NCBI GenBank assembly: GCA_045863235.1
Contig: BTUM01000039.1
Coordinates: 1 to 64,000 of the forward strand
Source: Candidatus Xenobia bacterium
Lineage (GTDB): Bacteria > Vulcanimicrobiota > Xenobia > Xenobiales > QWHO01
Reading direction: 5' to 3'
Length of the DNA: 64,000 nucleotides
The notes beneath the pieces were generated by a model that saw only the letters and a program-made list of their open reading frames with translations, was not told the DNA's origin and searched no databases. Positions 1-8,819 of this stretch are shown here, piece by piece. The first letter of the stretch is position 1, and each line of letters opens with the position of its first letter. Position numbers and translations under genes: made by a program.

Positions 1-18
1 GCGATTGCCGCGAGCGCG

Positions 19-3000
19 GTCTCCACGCGTGAATGCGCGTGGCCCCATTGAAGCGCGATCTGGGTGGTGACGATGTTCATCCCGTGGTGCGGTCTCCACG
101 CGTGAATGCGCGTGGCCCCATTGAAGCAGCATCCCACGGGGGATACCGAGGACAGCCTTGCCTGTCTCCACGCGTGAATGCGCGTGGCCCCATTGAAGCC
201 ATCTTGGTCGTGGTGGAGAAAGTAGTTTCTCGCATTCGTCTCCACGCGTGAATGCGCGTGGCCCCATTGAAGCACTGTGACTAAGGACGACATTACTAAG
301 GGGATTCGGAAGTCTCCACGCGTGAATGCGCGTGGCCCCATTGAAGCGTGGCTACGCAAGGGGAATTTGTTCAAGTCTTTAGGTCTCCACGCGTGAATGC
401 GCGTGGCCCCATTGAAGCCGCCCCCGTTGCTCCAGGCGCTCGTGCGGCTCTTCCGTCTCCACGCGTGAATGCGCGTGGCCCCATTGAAGCTTCGTCATAG
501 CCATAGTAACCTCCAGGGCCGGCGCCTGTCTCCACGCGTGAATGCGCGTGGCCCCATTGAAGCGGGCATAAAAAAAGCCCCTATCGGGGCTTTGACCGCA
601 GGTCTCCACGCGTGAATGCGCGTGGCCCCATTGAAGCCGACACGCTTGATTGCCGCGCCCAGGGCGATCCCCTGTCTCCACGCGTGAATGCGCGTGGCCC
701 CATTGAAGCCAGGCCCAGGTCAGCGTGCTGCAGATGAAGAGGTCCGTCTCCACGCGTGAATGCGCGTGGCCCCATTGAAGCGCCTTCTTGGCCAAGTAGA
801 GCAAGGGCAGCTGGGTTCGTCTCCACGCGTGAATGCGCGTGGCCCCATTGAAGCACGCAAATGAAGAAGGACCGGAGCTGGAGTGGCCCGTCTCCACGCG
901 TGAATGCGCGTGGCCCCATTGAAGCAGCTGGTCCGCTCGGAACTACGCATTCAGTTGTTGGGTCTCCACGCGTGAATGCGCGTGGCCCCATTGAAGCATG
1001 CGAATCGCCGGGCGCAATAACTGAGCCAAGCCGAGTCTCCACGCGTGAATGCGCGTGGCCCCATTGAAGCGATGGGCCGGGGGGTAGTCGTGATGACCAC
1101 CTGCGGGTCTCCACGCGTGAATGCGCGTGGCCCCATTGAAGCCCCAACTCGCGGGTTTCCTGGATCACTGACGGACCGTCTCCACGCGTGAATGCGCGTG
1201 GCCCCATTGAAGCTCCAAGTGGACACCCTGCGCCTTGTCGGGCTGGTCGTCTCCACGCGTGAATGCGCGTGGCCCCATTGAAGCCCAGGCCTGAGCCACC
1301 ACCATGGATCCCGATGCCAGCGTCTCCACGCGTGAATGCGCGTGGCCCCATTGAAGCGTAGGCACCCTTGCAGCGCTCGAGCAACTCGTCGGTGTCTCCA
1401 CGCGTGAATGCGCGTGGCCCCATTGAAGCACACAATGTGGCCACGTTGCCGACCCCGGCCGAGCGGTCTCCACGCGTGAATGCGCGTGGCCCCATTGAAG
1501 CGGTAAAGGTTACGCCTTGCGTGGTGCCGCCGTCTCCGTCTCCACGCGTGAATGCGCGTGGCCCCATTGAAGCAAGATCGACGACATCAAGGGGTGGGCG
1601 AAGGAGCACGTCTCCACGCGTGAATGCGCGTGGCCCCATTGAAGCCGGTGACACTCCAACTGGCTACCGGTCCACGGGTCGTCTCCACGCGTGAATGCGC
1701 GTGGCCCCATTGAAGCTTGTAGATCGGCCAAACACCCCCTCAAAAAGATACGTCTCCACGCGTGAATGCGCGTGGCCCCATTGAAGCCCGGACATCCACT
1801 TCGGGCACGCGGACAAGGGCGCCATGTCTCCACGCGTGAATGCGCGTGGCCCCATTGAAGCTGCTGATTTTTACGGCGCCTCGCTGGCCAATTATATGTC
1901 TCCACGCGTGAATGCGCGTGGCCCCATTGAAGCACGTCGAACGGGGTGCCGGCAGCGAACTCGACGGCAGTCTCCACGCGTGAATGCGCGTGGCCCCATT
2001 GAAGCTGCAGGCGCTCCTGGGTGGCCCGTTGCACCTCGCTTGTCTCCACGCGTGAATGCGCGTGGCCCCATTGAAGCGGGAGCGGGTTCGCAGTGGGGTT
2101 CGCAGGGTGGTCGTCTCCACGCGTGAATGCGCGTGGCCCCATTGAAGCCGGCAGTACACGGTGGAGTTCGCCCCTCCGGTGCACGGGCTGTCTCCACGCG
2201 TGAATGCGCGTGGCCCCATTGAAGCGCGCGGAAAGGCCGCCGGGTGCCCAGGGCAAGGCTCGGTCTCCACGCGTGAATGCGCGTGGCCCCATTGAAGCTC
2301 CAGCTTGTGGAAGCCGGTGCGGATGTAGCCCTCGGTCTCCACGCGTGAATGCGCGTGGCCCCATTGAAGCGTGCACCAGGTGCCTGAGTTGATCATCAAG
2401 GGCAACGTCTCCACGCGTGAATGCGCGTGGCCCCATTGAAGCGCCACTGTGCAGCCCTGCGAGACGACCTGCTACGGCGTCTCCACGCGTGAATGCGCGT
2501 GGCCCCATTGAAGCGATGGACCGACGTTCGGCCCGCCGTCGCTTGCTCTGGTCTCCACGCGTGAATGCGCGTGGCCCCATTGAAGCCGGGACATCACCCA
2601 CGAGAGCCCGCTGGAAGTGGAGGTCTCCACGCGTGAATGCGCGTGGCCCCATTGAAGCAGCTAAACGCTTGATAGCCCCATCACGGTTCCCGCGTCTCCA
2701 CGCGTGAATGCGCGTGGCCCCATTGAAGCGGGCATCGACCAGGCGCTCCCCCTCGTCCAGCTCGGCGTCTCCACGCGTGAATGCGCGTGGCCCCATTGAA
2801 GCCAGAACTGACCTGCCCGCTCTCCTCCCCCGCAACCTGTCTCCACGCGTGAATGCGCGTGGCCCCATTGAAGCACCTGCGGGATAGACAGGTGGAGGCT
2901 CGGGTTCCGTGTCTCCACGCGTGAATGCGCGTGGCCCCATTGAAGCAGGGCAATGGCGGCCAAGATGGCGGAGTTCCGCGAGCGTCTCCACGCGTGAATG

Positions 3001-3298
3001 CGCGTGGCCCCATTGAAGCTTCGCGCGTCCAGTAAATGTTTTCCGTATCGCGCGAGTCTCCACGCGTGAATGCGCGTGGCCCCATTGAAGCCTCAAGGCC
3101 GTGTTCGGCGGTATCAACAAGGCGGCAAGTCTCCACGCGTGAATGCGCGTGGCCCCATTGAAGCCTCGAGCTTGCGGTATGCCACGCCCCTGTGCACCTT
3201 AGTCTCCACGCGTGAATGCGCGTGGCCCCATTGAAGCGCGGATCTGCTCTCTGGGGGGATGAGTGTAAGTGTCTAGTCTCGCGTTGCCCCATTGAAGC
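19..3298 (+). CRISPR. CRISPR array, 36-bp repeat GTCTCCACGCGTGAATGCGCGTGGCCCCATTGAAGC, type I-G (I-U)-like; continues off the left edge
   Basis: 45 apparently identical repeats counted (first 19-54, last 3202-3237), separated by 35-41 bp spacers with no duplicate noticed. Internal stem CCACGCG/CGCGTGG and 3' ATTGAAGC tag. A degenerate terminal repeat at 3276-3298 (13-nt deletion plus one substitution) marks the trailer, so transcription is on + and the leader lies upstream of the window. Subtype inferred from repeat style only. Confidence 0.99.
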
Positions 3299-3342
3299 CG
3301 ATCTCCACGCAGGGCAGTCCCAGCCTCCTTCCACGCGAAAAA

Positions 3343-3520
3343 CTACGGGGAGGCCCGCAGCCAGTCATTCTCTCGCAACCAGCTCCCGATCGTCTGGCGG
3401 ATACGGTCAGCCTCCTGGCGAGCTCCGCGGGTCTGGTCGGCGTCGTCCGTTCAGCAGCAGCTCTCCCTCCCGCCAGGCTGTCTCGCCCAGTTCCCAGTGG
3501 AGGCGGTTCTCTTCGGTCAG
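3343..3520 (-). pseudogene. Probable HEPN toxin remnant (N- and C-terminal fragments fused out of frame)
   Basis: A CTGA overlap with the MNT stop opens LTEENRLHWELGETAWREGELLLNG. A shifted frame gives DDADQTRGARQEADRIRQTIGSWLRENDWLRASP*. These resemble the first and last helices of MNT-partnered HEPN proteins; the middle is missing. Confidence 0.55.
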
Positions 3521-3846
3521 AGCTCCACCCCCTCCCGGTCGATATCAAGGATCAACCTCCGTTCCAGCTGGCGCAGCCGCTCGATCCGAGGCGGGTCCAT
3601 CACGAGGGGGCTCAAGGCGACCGGCTCGTCCGCCTCGAGCATCAAGTCAGCTCCAAGATGGGCGATGGACCTGCGCGTCTCGTAGTCAGCCGAGTCCACC
3701 ACCACCAGCAGGTCGAAATCAGAGTCCACCCTGCACAGGTCTCGGGCACGCGAGCCGAAGGCGCGCACCCGAAGCAAACGCGGGCCAAGCAGTTCCTGCA
3801 GACGCTCCTTGAATCGGAGACCGAGTTGACGGTCGGACTCTCTCAT
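3517..3846 (-). CDS. Minimal nucleotidyltransferase (MNT, Pol-beta superfamily) antitoxin
   Basis: FGSRAR...DSDFDLLVV motif and C-terminal IDREGVEL; about 109 aa from ATG 3846. Confidence 0.85.
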   Translation of the reverse strand: MRESDRQLGLRFKERLQELLGPRLLRVRAFGSRARDLCRVDSDFDLLVVVDSADYETRRSIAHLGADLMLEADEPVALSPLVMDPPRIERLRQLERRLILDIDREGVEL

Positions 3847-3937
3847 CCTCAAATACTTCGCAGTCGCAGGCCGGTGTTCCGCCTGATGCGCCCCAACGAC
3901 GACCACGGCACCGCCCTGATGATGACCTGAGGGGGAC

Positions 3938-3976
3938 AAAAAAAGAACCCGACCAGCCCAGGTCGGGTTCTTTTTT
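3938..3976. terminator. Bidirectional intrinsic terminator
   Basis: A-tract, GAACCCGACC-agccca-GGTCGGGTTC stem, T-tract. Confidence 0.85.
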
Positions 3977-4053
3977 GGCCAGGTTCCCCTGGAGCCGCTT
4001 CACCAAGCTTTCGGATGTTTCGCTTCGTCGCTGCCCCGGGGGTTGAGGCCTCC

Positions 4054-4638
4054 CTAGATTCCGAAAATCTGAATCAGGACTTCGCGAGTGCGCGGATGGT
4101 CCATCTCCAGCAGGAAGAGACGCTGCCAGCGTCCGAGTGCCAGATGCCCCTCAACGACGGGAACCATCTGCTGACAACCGATGGTCAGGTGCTGGCAGTG
4201 AGCGTGCCCGTTGGCGCACTCATCTTCGCACATGTTCACCGTGCGGATGGAGAAGTCGTTGTGGGAGTAGGTATCGGCCGGGGACGCCAGGCGCTCCAGG
4301 AACCGATACATGTCCTGAATGAGCAGCGGCTCGTTTTCGTTGATGACGATGCCGGCCGTCGTGTGCCGGGAGTAGACCAGGACGTTCCCTTCCTTGATGC
4401 CGGTCTTGGCGAGCATATCCTGAACCTTCTCGGTAATGTCGATCAGTTCAGGGCCGCGCTGCGTCTGGACCACCATCTGGGCGAGATGAAGCCTGGGCAT
4501 ACCGGTCGCTCGGAGCTCAGGCTCCTGCGTGACGGCGACATGGGCTTTGCCGTTCGTATGGGCTTTGCCATTCGGTTTGCCATTTCCGTTCGGTTTGACT
4601 TCCGAGACGACCCCGCCCTCGAGGAAATTTGCCTCCAC
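4054..4638 (-). CDS. yjbQ: YjbQ/UPF0047 family protein with a low-complexity N-terminal extension
   Basis: HTTAGIVINENEP, NGHAHC and LGRWQRLFLLEMD motifs; GTG 4638 follows an AGGAGGTG SD. Confidence 0.85.
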   Translation of the reverse strand: MEANFLEGGVVSEVKPNGNGKPNGKAHTNGKAHVAVTQEPELRATGMPRLHLAQMVVQTQRGPELIDITEKVQDMLAKTGIKEGNVLVYSRHTTAGIVINENEPLLIQDMYRFLERLASPADTYSHNDFSIRTVNMCEDECANGHAHCQHLTIGCQQMVPVVEGHLALGRWQRLFLLEMDHPRTREVLIQIFGI

Positions 4639-5002
4639 GATTCGCACCTCCTTACGCCGCGTTGTGGCGCGGCGATTGAGTCCCTTTCGGTATAGCACAC
4701 TCAAGTCCTCCTCGTCTATAGGAAGTCATTCAACCCGTCCGGCCTGGTTTTTTGTTCGATCAGCTCTGTCATAATGTTGATATTGCTTTGTTTTTCCTGT
4801 TCGCTAAGAGAGCATGCTTTCGCTTTTGCGTGTCAAAATGTTCACATTTTCGCAGGAACTTTATTCAAGTCAAAAGGGGCCGATGCTTGAGTTTAGTTCT
4901 GTTCTGGCCGCACTCCCGGGGCAGGGCCAAGGAACTTTTCCTTCTTATATACTTTGTGTTGCAAAGTATATGATTCGGATCAGTTCGCGGGGATCCTGCA
5001 GG

Positions 5003-7534
5003 TCAAAGCAGCCGCTCCAGGGCTGGTTCACGCAGGTTGTAGCTCGAGCTCATGGCTCGTCCGTAAGCACCCGCGGTGGCCACCAGCAGCACATCCCCCG
5101 ACCGGGTCACGGGCAGTCTTCGGTCGTGCCCGAGCACGTCGGCGCTCTCGCAGATGGGGCCCACCACGTCGGCCAGGATGGCATTGGGCTCACCCAGGTG
5201 CGTCAGGTTGACGATCTCGTGATGGGCCCCGTAGAGGGCCGGGCGGATCAGCGAGTTCATGCCTGTGTCGACTCCCACGAAGGTCTTGCCCGACTTGGTC
5301 TTGACCTGGTTGACCCGGGTCAGCAGCACCCCGGCGGTGGCTACCAGGAATCGGCCCGGCTCGAGCCACAGCTCGAAGCCCGGGCGGGCTGCCTGGAAGC
5401 GCTGCAAGACCTCGTCCAGGGCGGTCAGGTTGAGGCCTTCGTCGCTCGACCGCTCGCCCACGCCCAGCCCTCCGCCCAGGTCGAGGACCCTGACGCTGCC
5501 GCCGAATCGCTCGGCGGCGTCGGCCAGGAAGAGGGCCGTGTCGCTCCAGGGCTCAGGCTCGAGGATGCCGCTGCCGCGATGAGAGTGCAGGCCGATCACC
5601 CGACTGCCCAGCTCTTCGAGCTTCGCGCGGGCTCGTTCTAACTCGGCCGGAGCGATCCCGAACTTCGACTGGGGCCCGGCCGTGCGCACGTGCTTGTGGT
5701 GACCTTTGCCCTGGCCCGGGTCAAGGCGCAGGAACAGCTCCCGCTCTCGGAAGAGATCGGGCCACAGCTCCAGCGGCTCCAGGCTGTCCAGGGTGACCTG
5801 GGCCCCCAGCCGGAAGCCGGCCTCGTAGTCGGCTCGGGAGGCGAAGTTGGGGGTGTAGAGCAGGTTGTGCCCGGGAAAGAGCGAGCGGGCCCGATCCAGC
5901 TCGCCCGGGGAGACGCACTCGAAGCCCATCCCCAGCTCGCCGAAGAGGCGCAAGATGTCCTGGTTGGGATTGGCCTTGATGGCGTAGTACAGCCGGCTGA
6001 CTGCGCTCAGGCGACGCAGGCGGGCCACGTTCTCGGACAGGGTCTCGCGGTCATAGACGTAGAGGGGCAGTTCCTCCTGCAGGGCCAGCAGCTCGGGGCG
6101 GCGCCGCTCCCACCAGGTGGTCTGCCCTGTCGGGGTCGGGGACTTGCGCCAGGCCGGACCAAACAACGGGTCGTCGTCCGAGGCCGAGAAGAGCAGGGCG
6201 TGCAGGCTGCTCATCAGGCGAGGCGCCTGCTCCTGGTCCACCACGAAGGTCAGGTTCAGGTCGCTGGAGGCCTGGGTCATCAGGTGGATGGGCTCTTCCT
6301 CGAACAGCTCCAGGGCGGGCCCCAGCCGGTGCATGAGCGACCGGATCTTGTTGCCGATCAGGCTCACCGAGGAGCAGCCCGGGGTGATTCGTGGGCGGCC
6401 CAGCCCCGCCAGGTCGCGCTCCAGACGCTCCAGCGCGCCGCTCTCGAGGGGCTCGGAGGCGTCTAACGAGACCGTGACGTTGGTCTCGCTGGTGGCCACC
6501 AGGTCGATGGAGAGACCATGCTCGCGAAAGCAGCCAAACAGGTCGGCCAGGAAGCCGACCTGCTGCCACATCTTCTCGCTCTCCACGCTGACCAGGGTGA
6601 CCCTCGACTTGGTGGAGAGGGCCTTCACCCGGCCCTCGTCGGTGGCCGCCGAGGCGATGACCGTGCCCTCCAGCTCGGGCTCGGAGGTGCAGTAGATGTG
6701 CAGCGGAATTTGGTAGCGAGCCACGGGCGGCAGGCAACGCGGGTGCAGTACCTTGGCCCCCGTGCTGGCCAGCTCCTGGGCTTCGGAATAGTCCAACCGG
6801 CGCAGCAGGCGGGCGTTGGGAACATGGCGCGGGTCGGCGGTATACATGCCGGCCACGTCGGTCCAGATCTCCAGCCGACGGGCTCCGATGCGAGCCGCCA
6901 GGTAGGCGGCCGAGGTGTCCGAGCCGCCCCGGCCCAGCAAAACCGTGTCTCCGGCCGGATCGCGGGCCACGAAGCCCTGGGTCAGCACGACCTGGTGCTC
7001 TCCCAGGCGCTCGGCCAGGGTGGGGTCGTGCTCATCGCTGCAGCGGGCCGAGAGATAGTGTCGGGCCGGACCGGCGTGAGACTCGGGCTCGGAGGTCAGG
7101 AGCTCGCGCACGTCTTGCCAGGTCACTCCCAGGAAGGCGGCTCCCAGCCGGGTGGAGAGGAACTCGCCCCGGGACATTACCCTGGCCTTGAGGCGCGGGG
7201 TCCACTCCCGGGTCAGGGCCACCCCCGTGGAGACCCGCTCGAGCTCGCGGAACTCGTCCGCAAGAAGCTCGAAGTCCACCCCCAGCTCGTCGGCCAGCTG
7301 GCGGTGACGCTCCTTCAGGCGCTCGAGCACCTCCAGGTGGCGCTCTTGCAAGGCCGCTTCCAGCAAGCCTTCGAGCTGGTCGGAGACCTTGCTCACGGCC
7401 GAGGCCACCACCAGGATTCGCACCCCGGGTAGCTCGCGCTGGCGGCGCTCGAGGATGGAGCGGATGTTCTCCCAGGCCTGTCGCGTGGAGACGCTGGTGC
7501 CTCCGAATTTCAAGACCAGCCAGTCACTCGGCAT
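5003..7534 (-). CDS. lysAC: Bifunctional aspartate kinase/diaminopimelate decarboxylase
   Basis: KFGGTS and GRGGSDTSA (aspartokinase), ACT region, YAIKANP, EPGRFLVA and GPICES (DAP decarboxylase). Confidence 0.95.
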   Translation of the reverse strand: MPSDWLVLKFGGTSVSTRQAWENIRSILERRQRELPGVRILVVASAVSKVSDQLEGLLEAALQERHLEVLERLKERHRQLADELGVDFELLADEFRELERVSTGVALTREWTPRLKARVMSRGEFLSTRLGAAFLGVTWQDVRELLTSEPESHAGPARHYLSARCSDEHDPTLAERLGEHQVVLTQGFVARDPAGDTVLLGRGGSDTSAAYLAARIGARRLEIWTDVAGMYTADPRHVPNARLLRRLDYSEAQELASTGAKVLHPRCLPPVARYQIPLHIYCTSEPELEGTVIASAATDEGRVKALSTKSRVTLVSVESEKMWQQVGFLADLFGCFREHGLSIDLVATSETNVTVSLDASEPLESGALERLERDLAGLGRPRITPGCSSVSLIGNKIRSLMHRLGPALELFEEEPIHLMTQASSDLNLTFVVDQEQAPRLMSSLHALLFSASDDDPLFGPAWRKSPTPTGQTTWWERRRPELLALQEELPLYVYDRETLSENVARLRRLSAVSRLYYAIKANPNQDILRLFGELGMGFECVSPGELDRARSLFPGHNLLYTPNFASRADYEAGFRLGAQVTLDSLEPLELWPDLFRERELFLRLDPGQGKGHHKHVRTAGPQSKFGIAPAELERARAKLEELGSRVIGLHSHRGSGILEPEPWSDTALFLADAAERFGGSVRVLDLGGGLGVGERSSDEGLNLTALDEVLQRFQAARPGFELWLEPGRFLVATAGVLLTRVNQVKTKSGKTFVGVDTGMNSLIRPALYGAHHEIVNLTHLGEPNAILADVVGPICESADVLGHDRRLPVTRSGDVLLVATAGAYGRAMSSSYNLREPALERLL

Positions 7535-8225
7535 GGGCGGTTTTCCTTTCCAGTAGCGGGATCAGCTCGTCCCCCCAGCCCTGGTTGGCGCCCGGATTGG
7601 CCGGGCTGGGGTGGGCCACGGCCTGGACGGGGATGCCAGGAAGGGCCTCTCGAGCCCGGCTTTCGGCCCAGCGTCCTACTCCGATCACGAGCTGGGGGCG
7701 AAATTGCTCACATAGCTCTTGCAGGGCTTCGTCGCAGGCTTTGAGCAGAGGAGCCCGCTCGCTGATCGGCAGTTTGTCCGGGGTGCGGTTGCGGCCGCTT
7801 TCTTCCATGAACATGAGTGGGCAGTAGTTGACCACGAAGGCCTGGCGGAAGAAGTCCTCCGGATCGGGGTAGTGGGCCTTGATCCAGCCCCACAGCCGCC
7901 GTCCGCTGACTTCGCTGCGAGGGCAGGCAAAGCCGAGAATGGGGCGCTGCGGGTGCTCGTGCTTCGGCTTGCCCACCTGGCCCTGCACCTTGAGGTAGTC
8001 GCGCACCATGCCCACCTCCCCGAAGGGCACGCCGGTCTGGGCCATCCCCCAGGGCCCGGGGTTCATTCCCAGCAGCAGCACGGGGCGCCGGCCCTGGCCG
8101 TAGCGGCGGTAATAGTCCAGGCAGGGCTCCAGGGCATACTCGAGTGGATTGTAGACGTGGGTGACCGGGGGACCGAAGCTGAGCTTGCCGAGCTGCTCGT
8201 TGAGGCGGCGAAAGATCTTCTCCAC
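7524..8225 (-). CDS. SMUG1-type (family 3) uracil-DNA glycosylase
   Basis: GMNPGPWGMAQTGVPFG, SEVSGRR and HPSPANP motifs. Confidence 0.93.
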   Translation of the reverse strand: MEKIFRRLNEQLGKLSFGPPVTHVYNPLEYALEPCLDYYRRYGQGRRPVLLLGMNPGPWGMAQTGVPFGEVGMVRDYLKVQGQVGKPKHEHPQRPILGFACPRSEVSGRRLWGWIKAHYPDPEDFFRQAFVVNYCPLMFMEESGRNRTPDKLPISERAPLLKACDEALQELCEQFRPQLVIGVGRWAESRAREALPGIPVQAVAHPSPANPGANQGWGDELIPLLERKTAHAE

Positions 8226-8270
8226 GGGGCCGCGGTTCGAGCGGGGGAGGTCCTTCCCCTACAGCCAGGC

Positions 8271-8720
8271 CTAGGGGAGGGCTCTGAGCTCGACGTCATA
8301 GAGAACGCGAGTAGGATTGGGGCCGGTCAGCTCGGGGATGAGCGAGGCATACAGGGTGTGGCCCGCCGTGGAGAAGGCATTGGTGGCGAAGTAGGGAGTC
8401 TGGAGCTTGAAGACACGGGTCTCGCCCGGCTGCAGCGGAGGCTCGATGGCCTGCTCGATCTCGCGGGGGCTGAAGGTGTCCACCACGCCGGGGTGTCGCT
8501 CATAGCCCGAAGGCGGGACCGGGACGAAGATGTAGACCAGCACGCAGTCCGAGCTGGGAGTGGAGCCGGCGTTGGTCAATCGGACCTCCACGAAGATCGG
8601 CTTGACCACCTCGTTGAGGCGTGCGTAGGCTTTGGTGGAGAGGATGCGCAGGCCATCCGGCTCGGCCCCCAGAGGTAGGAGCGACAGCGTCAGCCAGAGT
8701 GCGATTCCAAGTGAGCGCGT
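8271..8720 (-). CDS. Hypothetical exported protein; apparent ACG start
   Basis: The frame extends 37 codons upstream of the track's GTG 8609 to an ACG 4 nt after AGGAGG, adding a signal-peptide-like RSLGIALWLTLSLLPLGA. Confidence 0.55.
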   Translation of the reverse strand, partial: TRSLGIALWLTLSLLPLGAEPDGLRILSTKAYARLNEVVKPIFVEVRLTNAGSTPSSDCVLVYIFVPVPPSGYERHPGVVDTFSPREIEQAIEPPLQPGETRVFKLQTPYFATNAFSTAGHTLYASLIPELTGPNPTRVLYDVELRALP

Positions 8721-8819
8721 AGAGCCTCCTGGTTGGCGAAAGGTTTCCTGGCAGAAATTCGATCACCGCGGGCGGCCTTCCTCGAAGGAACGCTCCCGCT
8801 CCGGACAAAGGGGGAGCTG

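Noticed and set aside
1532..1543. GTCTCC duplicated at a spacer/repeat junction
   Set aside because: The spacer length is normal (36 bp); most likely coincidence.
55..3275. Self-targeting spacers within this window
   Set aside because: None noticed by eye; an alignment is needed to exclude them properly.
33..3334. Long repetitive ORFs (MGPRAFTRGD, LQWGHAHSRVET, SPRVNARGPIEA)
   Set aside because: These are translations of the CRISPR repeat, which lacks stops in most frames.
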